DNA of 64,000 nt, from the NCBI RefSeq assembly GCF_004010195.1, contig NC_057718.1:76537057-76601056 (forward strand), in the 5' to 3' direction. Made by a program: the position numbers and the translations under genes. The notes beneath the pieces were generated by a model. It saw only the letters and a list, made by a program, of their open reading frames with translations. It was not told where the DNA came from and did no database searches. This stretch comes from Chiloscyllium plagiosum. Lineage: Eukaryota. Below are positions 40,736 to 54,137 of the stretch, piece by piece. Position 1 is the stretch's first letter. Each line of letters opens with the position of its first letter.

Positions 40736-41554
40736 AAGTAATAAGTTCATGGAAGCTGTCATAAACTGTACCAACATGAACACTTACTCAGCAATAACCT
40801 ACTGACTGATGCTCAATTTGGGTTCATACTTCAGGACTCAGCCAGTTCATGAGTACTGGAGCTAGCAAGCCATCCTTGGTGATGACTTTGAAGTCCTCCA
40901 TTCAGACTACATCTTGTATCCTTACCATCTTCAGTGCCCGCTCCAGATGTTATACAATCCAAAATGAGATTGGATTCCACAAATGACATGAAACGAACTG
41001 GCTGTGACATCATCACAATGTTTGTCCAAGTGCGATATCAAGCTGTTTATTGAATTCAAATATTACTATCTGCTATGGTAGGATTTAAACTCTTGCCTCC
41101 AAGATATTAACTTGGTGTTCTGGACTACCACTCCATTAACATTACCACTATGCCACTGCCTCTTCCAAGAGTGGTATCAATGAGCCCTACCATAATTGAA
41201 ATCAATGGAAATCAGGGTGAGACTCCACTAACTGGTGTCGTACTTTGCACAGTTAGGAAGATGACGTTGGTTATTAGTGATCAATCATCCTTTTCCAGGC
41301 CATAACTTCAGAAGTTCTTGAGAGCAATGTGCTAGACCGAACTATCTTCAATTGCTTCCTCCATGACGTTCCCTCCATGGTCATGACAGAAGTGGGAACT
41401 TTCACTTTTGATTGCACTGTGTTCAGTTCTGTTCACAACTCCTCAGACATTAAGCAGTTCATATCTACATGCATCAAGTTCAAGGCAACATTCAGGTTTG
41501 AGCTCATTAGTGGCAAGTAACCTTTACATCACACAAGGGCAAAGTCATTATCTT

Positions 41555-41755
41555 CGAGGAGAAAGTGAGGTCTGCAGATGCTGGAGATCAAAGTTGAAAC
41601 TTTATTGCTGGAACAGCACAGCAGGTCAGGCAGCATCCAGGGAACAGGAGATTCGACGTTTCGGGCACAGGCAAGGGCCTGTGCCCGAAGCGTCGAATCT
41701 CCTGTTCCCTGGATGCTGCCTGACCTGCTGTGCTGTTCCAGCAATAAAGTTTCAA
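41555..41755. mobile_element. Fold-back mini-PLE (family A), near-perfect 80-bp hairpin
   Basis: 15-bp TSD CAAAGTCATTATCTT (41540-41554, 41756-41770); arms 41593-41672 and 41677-41756 with one mismatch and loop AAGG. Confidence 0.9.
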
Positions 41756-41994
41756 CAAAGTCATTATCTTTTCTACCAAGAGTGTCTAACCCATCTTCTA
41801 TTGTCATTCAATAGTATTGCCATGGGTAAATCACCCACAATTAACAAACACCTAACTGGATCAGCCACACAAATACAGTGGCTACAAGAGCAGGGTAGTG
41901 GCTGGGAATTCTGAGCAGCTCATTGCCTGACTCTTCTAAACACTGCAAGACACAGAGTAGGAGTGCAAGGGAATACTCTCCACTGACCTCTAAC

Positions 41995-44620
41995 CAAGAT
42001 TACACATAGCACGATAAAATATCACATTTAGTTTGAGAGTAAAAATATGGCTGTAAAACAAGGATCTTAAAACTTTAAATGCAATTTAGAAGCAAGAAAC
42101 AGTTAGCTAAAGTGGAGTAGAAAAATTGGTTAAAATGTAGGGAAGCAGTGGCAGATATTTAAAGAGATGCTTCAGAACTCTTAAAGATGTATTCTGTCCA
42201 GATGGAAAGAATATGTGAAGGATACAGCATCTGTAGCCAATTGAAGATGTCAAATCTGATATCAAATTGAAAGAAAAATCATCTAGGGCTGTGAAAGTTA
42301 GTGATTGTCAGCATTAGGCAACTTCTTTTATAACAGTAAAAGATGACTAAAAAATAAGTCAGAGATTTTAAAATGTGAAATTAGCAAGAAAAATATGAAC
42401 AATAAAAGGTTCAATATGTGTACAAAAAGGAAGAAAGCAGAAAAGTAAGCATCAATACAGTACCTTAGAAGGTAAAACTAGTGAACAAATAATAGGAAAT
42501 ACAGAAATAGCAGACACTGCATAAATATCATATATCCATCTCTAGAAGACATAAATCATTCTAAGAATAGCAGAAAGTCAAGTGGCAAAGGGAGGCAGGA
42601 AATTAAAGCAAATATAATCACTAGAGGAAAGTACAAGGAAAACTAATGTAGCTAAAGTCTGATATTTGTCCTGCATCTCAGGGTCTTAAAAGAAATGGCA
42701 GTAGAAAGTAGAAGTATTGGTTAAATCCCTCAAAATTTCCTAGATTCCCAGTGGACTGAAAAACAACAGACATAAATCTCTATTCCAGAAAAGGTGAGGC
42801 AGAAAGCAGAAAATTATGAGCCAGTTAGCCTAGCCTCTGCCATTGCGAAAATGCAAGAATCTATTATTAAGAAAGTAAAGCAGGACATTTCAAAAATCAT
42901 AATAAAGTCATCCTGACACACCTTGACTGAATGTAAGAAAAATTGTAGTTGACAAATTTGTTAGAATTCTTTGTAGATGTAACAAGCAGGTTGGATAAAG
43001 GAGAATCAAAAGATGTAATGTATTTGAATTTGTAAAGTACATTTATTAAACTGACGCAGTGGTAATGTCATTGGGCTAGCAACCTAAAACCTGGGCTGAT
43101 ATCCTGTGCTGAATTTCATCACAGCAGGCGGTGAAATTTGAATTCAGTAAGATGCTGGCCTAATGGAGGCTACATAACTACTGACAGTTATAAAATAAAC
43201 TCATCTGACTCACTCATATTTTTCTGGAAAAGAAATTTGCTAACCTTATCTGGTCTGGCCTACATTTAAGTACAGATCTACTGCAATGCGGTTGATACTT
43301 AACTGCCCTCTGTTAGACTAGCCATTGATGTCACAAACAAATATAAATTTAAGGTGCTGCATAAATGGTTGATATACAAGGGAAGAATTAAAAATGCAGG
43401 GAGTGATATATTAACTTGTATAAAGGACTGGCTAATCAACAAGAAAGAGTCAGGGTAAGTGAGTCATATTCTGTTTGGCAACATAACTGGACTGCTATCT
43501 GTTGGAGTTAGAAATGGAGAACTGTTCTAAGAGACATTTAGGTTCAGGACAGTTCTGGTTTTGATTTGTGGCATGCTTATTGGACTGTTCTTCATCTTGG
43601 GGGGGCTGGAGTGAATTATTCCCACTCTGATACTATGTTGATTTAATTCTCTCCCTTCTTTCCCCAGCTTTTTGTGTTGTTGTTGCATTGCTCCTAGTCA
43701 ACAGGAGATTATTTGCTTGGGTGATTAGGTTTATGAAATAGTAAGTTGTGTTCCTCTACCTTGTTTCCCTGCATCCCCCTTTCATTTTTTGTCGTTACAC
43801 TGCACCTGGTGGGCAATGTTTGTAATTTGATTGAGTGATTTGAAAATGGATTGTCGAAATAAAAAAAACGAGGTGAGTTCTTCTCCATTGTAGTGTTGAC
43901 TTCTGGACAGGGAAAGTATGCATAAGAGAAATGTGGAAATTGATGTTTGTGCAAAACCATGGATTTGCAAAATAATGCTTGAATATCACAGACTTGCTGC
44001 CTAATTCAGCATATGGCTATTGGTATATGAAACACAACCTGGCTGAAGGGACTGATCAATTGCAGTTGTATTCATTGACAAAAAGAAGATAAGGAAAACC
44101 AGTTGTGAGGAGGATAGAATGTTTGCAAAGTGACTAAGCTAGGTGAAATGAGTGGGCAAAGTTTTGAGAAGTCATATAAAGTGGGAAGTTGTCTCTTTTT
44201 TGGCAGGAAGCATAGGAGAGCAGAATATTGTTGAAACGGAGAGAGACTAAAGAATGCTGCAGTTGAAAAGGGATCTGGCTCTCAGTGTTCATAGGCATTT
44301 ATATGACAGAGTGAATGAAGAGAGAATATTCCCTCTTATGGGGAAGAGGACAACTAGAAACCATAAATATTAAGAGTCAACAAGATATCCATTTGGGAAT
44401 TCGGAAGAAGTGTCTTTATCTGAAGAATGTATGAATGTGAAACTTTCTGACAGGAAGAAGTTAAATTGAAATATATTGACATATTTAAGGGGGAGCTGGA
44501 GGGAAAAAGACTACAATGATTACAATGATAGATTTAGGTGAGAAAGATAGAAGGAGATCTAAGTGGCGCATACCGGTTAGACCAAAATAGCCTGTTATTG
44601 TACCATTAGATAATCGTGTA
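41995..44620 (+). mobile_element. Highly decayed, interrupted CR1 LINE
   Basis: Residual RT motifs (aattatgagccagttagcctag = NY.PVSL; ttagaattctttgtagatgtaaca = LEFF.DVT); approximate bounds. Confidence 0.55.
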
Positions 44621-45889
44621 TAAAATCCTTCTCAAAGGCACTGTACATGTCTAAATCTGTGGGCAACAAAGGCTCAAAAAGGCCGTAACACTATCACATT
44701 CTCAAAAGTGATTAATTGCTAGTCTTGGCGGTGATTCTCGTTTCCCAAGGATGAATAGATAAAATTTGTCACACAAATTGAATTTGTTTTTTTACAGTAT
44801 TTCCATTATCAGTAGCAAGATATTCCTTTATATCAACACTGAGAAAAGACCCAGTAATTATTTGGTTTTTTGGTCAGTTTAAGATAGTGAAAAACTGTGT
44901 GCAGTCTTCCAAGGAGTTCAGTCTTAGAATATGAGCAGTTAGTAGTGCCATTATATTTAACAGATTATGTTGACACTTAAATTTTTATACAACAGATGAG
45001 CACATTGATCAAAGATCACCCATATGCATGTCTGTGTAAAGATCACCCTGCCTTCCTCTGGTTGTGTCCAGCAGAATACTACTTTTCATTTCTGTTTAAT
45101 AAGCAAGGGAAAGTGTGTCTACAATGTCTGCTTTGAGAGGTGCCCGTGTAGAACTGCTGCTTGAGTCAGAATGTTAATATCATAGTCTGGAAACCTAGTG
45201 TTTAATCCAGGCTGATGATTCTGTGTGTGAGAGACAAAGACACCTTTTAGACAATTCTTGAAACTAATTACCTGACTGCTTTCTCAGGTAGATACAAAAG
45301 ATCCCCTCGGAAACAAAGGGGTAAGTTTTTATTTGAGAGGAGCTGTTAAGCACCATAAGGAGGGATGCAAGGTAGTGAGGGCAGGGCACAGATATTGGAG
45401 GCCAGCTAAGGAAGTACAAGGAGGAGAAAATCTTGGGAGGGGCATGGTATCAATTGGCACAGGAGACGGTCAACTGGAGGTATCCACATTCCTTCTGCCC
45501 TTTCACCTAATGTTTGAAGATTAAAACATACATATTGGTTACTCTTGTCTGCCTTCTACTACCCAGTATAGTAGTATTTTTAATCAACCTGCTAAGACAT
45601 GTTATGATACACTTTGAAGCAGTTAGGTCTTCGAGGCCAGAGGCAGGGATGCTACTACGGCACCAAAATAATCCCTTTCTTAGCATCTGATATCAGATAC
45701 GACCGGGTACCTTCATGGGATAGTCAAAGGCTTTTATGTTTCTCTTATCAACCCCAAGCTACACAGTTCTATGCTGGTGGAGGTGGAATGAAATTGTTTT
45801 AATTGTCACTTATTTAGGCAGTTAAGGGCTTCAATTAGATCTAAAATGGCATGCCAGCTGGTGACATGTCTCCCTGTTTTGGGTAGTTT

Positions 45890-46210
45890 GGAATAAATAG
45901 GAACAGGACTATACCATTCAGCTCCTCGAGCCTGCACCAACATTCAATAAGATCATGACTAATCCAATATTGCTTACAACCACTTTCTTGCCTTTCCCCC
46001 ATAATCTTTGACTCCACTTGCCTATCAAGAGTCTATCTATCTCAGCCTTAAGTATAGACAAGGACTCTGTCTCCACATGTCTCTGTGGCAAAGAGTTCAG
46101 AAGACTCACAACCTTCTGATAAATGAAATTTCTCTTCATCTCAGTCTTAAATTGATGTTGCTTTGTTCTGAGACTGTGTCCTCTGGCCCAGGAGGGAAAA
46201 TATTTTCTCA
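45890..46210 (-). mobile_element. CR1 LINE 3' end
   Basis: RGHSLR...FKTEMKRNF..QKVVSLLNSLPQ...LKAEIDRLL. Confidence 0.8.
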
Positions 46211-47027
46211 GCAATATGCCCATTAGGGGGCAATGCAAATTCCTCCCCATTGAATCAGCTCCTTAAATATTAATAAAAATCAAAAGAGATCTTATTGGCC
46301 AGCTGACTCAATGTCATTCATTCCAAGGGACGTTTTATAAGCTAACCCTTTCAGGTACTAACTAATAGCATAAGATGAGCTCTGTCTATTAAAGATATAA
46401 AAGACTGTACCTGCAGGATCAACCCAGTGTTCTACTTTAGTTCCAGCTGTGAAGTTCATGTAGCTAGCAATAATGTGTACTCACACTCAAATACAACTGA
46501 CATCTCACTGACGTCTACCATGTAACTCTGAGGTAATGTAAGTAGTTATTAAATACTACATAAGAAGCCTATCTGTTTATCAAGATGGAGACTTCTCACT
46601 GCCAAAGACTTTTTGTAGTCAGCCTTCTGTATTTGGTATCAGTCACTTAGACTGATACCCATGAAAAGGACAGATGGAAGTGAATCTACCCAAGGCATCT
46701 TAGGTAGTTCTGCTGGCAGCGCTGGTATCTGAATACATACCATGAGGCACCCCGATAATTTATCATGATCCATTCTTATTCATGGCTGCTTCCCCGACCT
46801 CTGTGCATGTAGGAGCATGGCACTTAACACACTAGAGGGCCATTTTTAACATTTCACCCCTCAGCATTCTGCTCTGTGTACATTTGACCAAGGTGGTATT
46901 CACTTATGTTTCCCCTCTTGGGAAAACAACCCTGAGGCAAGGTAGAAGATCAGATGAGCAGAGCTTCCCACCCTTTGGGTCAGAGATTTCAAGCACCCTT
47001 TCAGGACTTGAAGGCTACAGAATGTGG

Positions 47028-47570
47028 ATCATAGAGTCATGCAGCACGGAAACAGACTTTTCAGTCCTACCAGATCATACCGACCATATCCCAAACTGAA
47101 CTAATCCCACCTGTCTGTGTTTGGCCCATATCCTTCCAAACATTTCTTATTCATTTATTTTTTTAAATGTATTTTAAATGTTGTAACTGTACCCAAGCGG
47201 CATTGACCACTTCCTCTGGAATTCATTCCACACACAAGCAACTCTCTGCATTAAAAAAAATTGCCCCTCATGTATTTTTTTAATCTTTCTCCTCTTATCT
47301 TCAGAATATGCCCCAGTCTTGAAATCCTCCACTTTAGGGAAAAGACAACTGCTATTGACCTTATCTATATCTCTCATGATTTTATAAACCTCAGTAAGGT
47401 CACCTCTTAACCTCTTACACTCCAGTGAAAAAGGTCCCAGCCTATCCAGCCCCTCCTTTCCAGTCCCAGCAACAACCTGGTAAATCTCTTCTGAACCCGT
47501 TCTAGCTTAATAATATCTTTCCTATAACAGATGATACATTACTCCAGAAAAGGTCTCACGAGTGCCAAGG
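47028..47570 (-). mobile_element. CR1/HER1-like LINE 3' end
   Basis: catagagtcat tail; homologous to 49094-49657. Confidence 0.8.
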
Positions 47571-47736
47571 TGTGTCATTATATGGCTAAATAAGATGAAA
47601 ACTAATCCAAATCCTTCTAAAATAGGCCTACGGCAAGTGGGCAAAGTGGGAGAGATTTCTGGTTAGGCAGACCTGATGGTAGCTGCAGTGCAATGTCCTC
47701 CCACATCCACAAGATTCCATGTGAAGTTCTTGCCAT

Positions 47737-48127
47737 CCTTACTGTCCTTAGTAGCCACACACACAGATGACAAGCAACATGAGTTCGACTGGGACAAGAC
47801 TACTATTTTAGGACAAGCCAAACAGAGAACAGCCAGGGAATTCCTAGAGGCATGGCACTCATCCACAGATTCTATCAACAAACACATCAACCTGGACCCA
47901 ATATACCGGCAACTGCAGCGGACAGCTGGAACTGACAACTGGAAGTGGCAGAGACAAACCATTATAAATGCCAGAGGAAACATCACAGAAGCGCTTCACA
48001 GGAGGCTCCCAAGCACTGAGGATGTCACCTAGACAGGGGAACGAAACGTCTACAACAAAAATTCCTAGCTTGGCGAACAGAACCACAACAACGAGCACCC
48101 GAGCTACAAATCTTCTCACAAACTTTG
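47737..48127 (+). mobile_element. PLE family B 3' end: GIY-YIG C-terminus plus hammerhead
   Basis: HEFDWDKTTILGQAKQRTAREFLEAWHS...INKHINLDPIY; 12-bp TSD AGTTCTTGCCAT (47725-47736, 48128-48139). Confidence 0.85.
48013..48053 (+). ncRNA. Hammerhead ribozyme core (putative, family B)
   Basis: GCA-CTGAGGA-T-GTCACCT(AGAC)AGGGGAAC-GAAAC-GTC-TAC: core boxes intact, longer bulged stem II, short stem I GCA/TAC with one mismatch. Confidence 0.6.
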
Positions 48128-49093
48128 AGTTCTTGCCATGATAAACATAATCTTCATTCGACACATAGTGCGAGGCAGAGATCTGACAGACTGCATATAA
48201 AGAAGGCAGAGCTGTTACATTTGTAGGAGGCCTTATTAAAAGAATTATTTACCAGAGCTATAACCTAGAATTATACATCATATATGCACTGTTACGTCTG
48301 GCGATCCAGTTCTTGTGCACCCCTATTTATTACCAATAATAATCTGTTCCTCTGACACAATGTATAATGTAAGGCATAATGTAAGGTTCCACAAGAACAG
48401 TAATGGATTGCAGCACTATCTCAACATCACTTCTATTAAGCTTTCGTCTCTCTGATCTGTCAAACTACTTGTCAAATATGAGCAGAAATTTTCTCCAATA
48501 AAGTTGAAGATGAAAACTATTTTTTCCGCCTTGAAATCAGCATATTTAGCATCATCAGAAGTCCAACTGACATCAGATTTATCTAAATGTAAATTGTTTT
48601 GTAAATGCAGTTGAGCATATAGAACACAGAATGTGACATCCATTTGCCTGGTATTGCAGCAAAAGTGTTTGGCAATTTTAAATAAACAATCTGACATCAT
48701 GCAAACTCATTCAATGTTCATAATCCTAAAGCATTGACAGTTGTTTCTTGACTTTTAACTGCTTTACAGCTTAATAATCATGGTGCCTGGTTGAACTCAG
48801 GACCTTGGGTGGGGGTAGAACTCCCAGAAAATAAAGATTCCCTTATTAAATGCTGCAGTAAACTGAAATGGTTCAAAATGTGACCACTGACCTTGACACT
48901 GCATAGCATTGACTTTCATACAAAGTTGGTGAATACCATTGATTTGATATCACTGAGCAGATTAGTCCATTGTGCTCACAACTTACAACAAGTCCTAACA
49001 ACTTGTAGCACCAAGGTCGAAACAGAGTTGAGAAATAAATGTGGTGAGCAAATTGCTTAGTCCACAATTCATGTACTCTTCTATGTTGAACAT

Positions 49094-49657
49094 CATAGAG
49101 TCATAGAGATGTACAGTATGGAAACAGACTCTTCGGTCCAACTCGTCCATGCCGACCTGATATCCCAACCCAATCTAGTCCCACCTGCCAGCACCCAGCC
49201 CATATCCCTCCAAACCCTTCCTATTCATATACCTATCCAAATGCCTCTTAAATGTTGCAATTGTACCAGCCTCCACCACTTCCTCTGGCAGCTCATTCCA
49301 CACCCGTACCACCCTCTGTGTGAAAAAGCTGCCCCTTAGGTCTCTTTTATATCTTTCCCCCCTCACCCTAAACCTATGCCCTCTAGTTCTGGACTCCCCG
49401 ACCCCAGGGAAAAGACTTTGTCTATTTATCCTATCCATGCCCCTCATAATTTTGTAAACTACTATAAGGTCACCCCTCAGGCTCCGACACTCCAGGGAAA
49501 ACAGTCCCAGCCTGTTCAGCCTCTCCCTATAGCTCAGATCCTCCAACCCTGGCAACATCCTTGTAAATCTTTTCTGAACCCTTTCAAGTTTCACAACATC
49601 TTTCTGATAGGAAGGAGACCAGAATTGCATGCAATCTTCCAACAGTGCCCTAACCAA
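49094..49657 (-). mobile_element. Young CR1/HER1-like LINE 3' end
   Basis: Open ORF 49175..49657 CMQFWSPSYQKDVVKLERVQKRFTRMLPGL...RVVRVWNELPEEVVEA; (catagagt)n tail. Confidence 0.92.
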
Positions 49658-49777
49658 AGCAGTGAGGGAGTGGGGGTGAGCAAGGGTGCAGATTTAGCTC
49701 TGGCCTGGGTGAACTTTAATGTCCATCACTAAGAATGACTCAGTGTCATCACGACCTGTCGAGCTTTTTTTAAAATT

Positions 49778-52636
49778 TACTGATGGGACGTGGGCATCGC
49801 TGGCTGGCTAGCACTTTTTATTTGCCTGTCCCTAGTTGCCCTTGAGAAGTTGTTGGTGAGCTGCCTTCTTGAACTGTTGTAGTCCACATGCTGTAGGTTG
49901 ACCCACAATACCCTTACGAAGGGAATTCCAGGATTCTGACCCAGTGAAGGAATGGCGATATATTTCCAAGTCAGGACAGTGAGTGATTTAGAAGGGATCA
50001 TGCAGGTGGTGGCGTTCCAATGTATCTGATGCCCTTGTCTTTCTAGACAGAAGTGGTCATGGATCTGGAAAGTGGTCTCTAATGATTTCTTTGATGAATT
50101 TCTGCAGAGTTTTTTGCAGATAGTACACAATGCTACTTTGAGCCTCAGTGGTAGAGGGAGTGGATGGTTGTGGATGTGGTGCCAAACAAGCGGGGTTGCT
50201 TTGTCCTGGATGGTGTCAAGCTTCTTGGTTGTTGTTGAAGCTGCACTCATTCAGAGATCAGGGAGTACTCTATCACACTCCTGACTTGTGCCTTATAGAT
50301 GTTGGAGAGGCTTTGAGAAGTCAGGAAGTGAGTTACTCACCACAGTATTCCTAACATCTACTCTGTTCCTGCAGCCACTGTGTTTATGTGGCAAGTCCAA
50401 TTGAGGTTTTGGTCAATGGTAACCCGCAGGATGATGATAGTGGGGGATTCAGTGATGGTAACACCATTGAATGTCAAGGAGTGGTAATTAAATTGTCTCT
50501 TACTGGATGGTCATTGCCTGGCAATATGTGGTGCGAACGTTATTTGCCACTTAGAGTCATAGAGATGTACAGCATAGAAACAGACCCGTCCATGCTGACC
50601 AGATATCCCAACCCAATCTAGTCCCACCTGCCAGCACCCGGCCCATATCTCTCCAAACCCTTCCTATTCATATACCCATCCAAATGCCTCTTAAATGTTG
50701 CAATTGTTCCAGCCTCCACCACTTCCTCTGACAGCTTGTTCCATACCCGTACCACCCTCTGTGTGAAAATGTTGCCCCTTGGGTCTCTTTTATATCTTTC
50801 CCCTCTCACCTTAAACCTATGCCCTCTACTTCTGGACTCCCCTGACCCCAGGGAAAAGACTTTGTCTATTTATCCTATGCATGCCCCTCATAATTTTGTA
50901 AACCTCTATAAGGTCACCCCTCAGTCTCCGATGCTCCAAGGAAAACAGTCCCAGCCTCTTCAGCCTCTCCCTATAGCTCAAATCTTCCAACCCTGGCAAC
51001 AACCTTGTAAATCTTTTCTGAACTCTTTCAAGTTTCACAACATCTTTCCGATAGGAAGGAGACCAGAATTGCATGCAATATTCTAACAGTGGCCTAACCA
51101 ATGTCCTGTACAGCCACAACATGACCTCCCAACCCCTGTACCCTATACTCTGTCCAATAAAGGAAAGCACACCAAACGCCTTCTTCACTATCCTATCTAC
51201 CTGCAACTCCACTTTCAAGGAGCTATGAACCTGCACTCCAAGGTCTCTTTGTTCAGCAACACTCCCTAGGACCTTACTATTAAGTGTATAAGTCCTGCTA
51301 AGATTTGCTTTCCCAAAATGCAGCACCTTGCATTTATCTGAATTAAACTTCATCTGCCACTTGGCCCATCTCAACAAGATTCTGTTGTAATCTGAGGTAA
51401 CCTTCTTCGCTGTCCACTATACCTCCAATTTTGGTGTCATCTGCCAACTTACTAACTATATGTCTTATGCTCGCATCCAAATCATTTTTATAAATGACAA
51501 AAAAGTAGAGGACCCAGCACCTATCCTTGTGGCACTCCACTGGTCACAGGCCTCCAGTCTGAAAAACAATCCTCCATCACCACCCTCTGTCTTCTATCTT
51601 TGAGCCAGTTCTGTATCCAAATGGCTAGTTCTCCCTGTATTCCATGAGCTCTAACCTTGCTAATCAGTCTCCCATGGAGAACCTTGTTGAACGCCTTACT
51701 GAAGTCCATATAGATCACATCAACCACTGTGTCCTCATCAATCCTTTTTGTTACTTCTTCAAAAAACTCAATTAAGTTTGTGAGACATGATTTCCCATGC
51801 ACAAAGCCATGTTGACTATCCCTAATCAGTCCTTGCCTTTCCAAATACATGTGTATCCTATCCCTCAGGATTCCCTCCAACAACTTGCCCACCACCGACG
51901 TCAAGCTCACTGGTCTATTGTTCCCTGGCTTGTCCTTACCACCCTTCTTAAACAGTGGCACCACATTAGCCAACCTCCAGTCTTCCGGGACCTCACCTGT
52001 GGCTATCGATGATACAAATATCTCAGCAAGAGGCCCAGCAATCACTTCTCTAGCTTCCCACAGAGTTCTAGGGTACACTTAATCAGGTCCTGGGGATTTA
52101 TCCAACTTTATGCATTTCAAGACATCCAGCACTTCCTCCTCTGTAATATGGACATTTTTCAAGGTGTCACCATTAATTTCCCTACATTCTATATCTTCTA
52201 TATCCTTTTCCACCGATGCAAAATACTCATTTAGTATCTCCCCCATTTTCTGTGGCTCCACACAAAGGCCGTCCTGCTGATCTTTGAGGAGCCCTATTCT
52301 CTCCCTTGTCAGCCCAAGCCTGGATATTGCCTAGATCTTGTTGCATTTAAACATGAACTGCTTCAGTATCTGAGAAGTTGTGAATGCTACTAAACATTGT
52401 GCAATCATCAGCAAACATTCCCATCTCTGACCTTATGATGGAGGGAAGGTCATTGAGGAAGCAGCTGAAGATGGTTGTGTCTCGGACACTACTCTGAGGA
52501 ACTCCTGCAGAGATGTCCTGGAGTTGAGATGTCTGACCTCCAACAACACAACCACCTTCCTCTGTGCCAGGTATGACTCCAGCCAGTGGAGAGTTTGCCT
52601 TCTGAAGCCCATTGATTCCAGTTTTGCCAGGGCTGA
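49778..52636 (-). mobile_element. Second CR1-clade LINE (49778-50552 and 52311-52636), host of a nested HER1-like copy
   Basis: GVPQSSV...IFSCFLNDLPSIIRSEMGMFADDCTMF; the flanks rejoin as gccactt|gtcagccc, as seen uninterrupted at about 29930. Confidence 0.75.
50553..52310 (-). mobile_element. Young 5'-truncated CR1/HER1-like LINE, frameshifted RT
   Basis: VPEDWRLANVVPLFKKG...QHGFVHGKSCLTNLIEFFEEV...DFSKAF...SGVPQG...LADDTKIGG...KWQMKFN.DKCKVLHFG. Confidence 0.95.
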
Positions 52637-52662
52637 TCAAGTCTGAAAGGATATAGCTATTT

Positions 52663-53165
52663 GATCAGGAAGGTAGCTGAGAATGTGATAGGTAGATGAA
52701 GGAGAGGGAGAAGATGATAAGTTGGAGAGGAGGGTGGAGCAGATAGATGGGAAAGATAATGGACAGGTCAAGAGGGTGGTGCTGATTTGGAGGTTTGGAA
52801 CTGGGATAATTTGGAGGGAGGGGAAATGAGGAAACTGGTGAAATCCATATTGATCCTGTGTGGTTGCAAGGTCCCAAGGCGAAATATGAGGCATTCTTCT
52901 TCCAGGCATTGGGTGGTTAGTGTTTGGTCGTGGAGGAGGCTCAGGACTTGCATGTCCTTGGTGGAGTGAGAGGGGAATTTGAAGTGTTCAGCCACGGGGC
53001 GGTGGGGTTGGTTGGTGCGGGTATGCCAGATATGTTCTCTGAAATGATCTGTCAGTTGGCATCCTGTCCCCCGATGTAGAGGAGAACGCATTTGGGTGTA
53101 ACGGAATAGTAGATGACATTGGTGGAGGTACAGGTAAATTTCTATTGGATGTGGAAGGCCTTGGG
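52663..53165 (-). mobile_element. PLE GIY-YIG endonuclease fragment
   Basis: DHFREHI...VAEHF..PSHS..DMQV...LEEECLIFRLGTLQP; homologous to 25850-26270. Confidence 0.85.
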
Positions 53166-54008
53166 CGCAGTTTTTAACTGTCGCATCGTCCCAGTGGAGA
53201 GAGAGTCCCATTTTCACACCTCAACCTTGTTGAATCGGGTAGACTTAAAATAGATTTAGTGAGTCAAAACTGGGCTTTCATGAGACACTGTGGACAATCA
53301 GCATCAGAATAACACTCCAAAGCTCACTGCAGCATCATGGTCAACACTCTCTCACTTCAGTTGTCGGTTTGCTCAACAATCTAATCCACAGCTTGAGCTA
53401 CAAACCTTCTCCAAAATCTCAAATATCCTTCGCTCTATCACTGCTATTAAGTCAGGAGATCAACCTTGGTTCAATGATGAGTCGGAAGGTTATGCTCAGA
53501 GCAACAACAGAAATGAGGTGCCAGTCTGGTGAAGCTACAACACAGCATAAGCAGCAGGTAATAGACAAGGCTAAACAATTCCACTACCAAAGGATCAGAT
53601 CTAAGCTCTGCAGACCTGTCCCATCCAGTCGTGAATGGTTGTGGGCAATGAAACAATTCAATAGAGAATGAGGGTCCAAAAATATCCCCATTCCCAAGGA
53701 TAAGAGAGCCTAGACATCAATGTAAAAGATAATGCTGAAGCATTTGTAGAAGTGCTGATTAGGATCCTTAATCTTGGCCTCCTCTGAAAGCTCCTTACAT
53801 CATAGTTGCCAGTCTTCAGCCCATTCAATTCACTCCACATAATATCGAGAAATAGTTGATGGCAATAGATGCTCCAAATGTTATGATAGCAGGCTGATAA
53901 CATGCTGGCAATAATATGATGACTTGTAACCCAGAACTTGCTGCAGCCCAAAACAAGCTGTTTCAGCATTGTTACAATACTGGCATCTACCCAACAATGT
54001 CGAAAATA

Positions 54009-54137
54009 TTCCTGAAGAAGGGCTTATGCCTGAAACATCGATTCTCCTGTTCCTTTGATGCTGCCTGACCTGCTGCGCTTTTCCAGCAACACATTTTTAA
54101 GCTCTGATCTCCAGCATCTGCAGTCCTCACTTTCTCC
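54009..54137 (+). mobile_element. Mini-PLE terminus (family A), single arm starting at the hammerhead
   Basis: 14-bp TSD CAATGTCGAAAATA (53995-54008, 54138-54151); core CTGAAGAAGGGCTTATGCCTGAAACATC at 54012. Confidence 0.85.

Noticed and set aside
41408..41914. Recurrent short ORFs (CWKSTAGQAASREQENRRFGHKPF and similar) on both strands, here and at 5849, 11686, 14108 and 14171
   Set aside because: Translation artefacts of the palindromic family A repeat; no consistent start, stop or splice signals.
50553..52310. Active LINE
   Set aside because: 5'-truncated, no endonuclease domain, RT broken by frameshifts.
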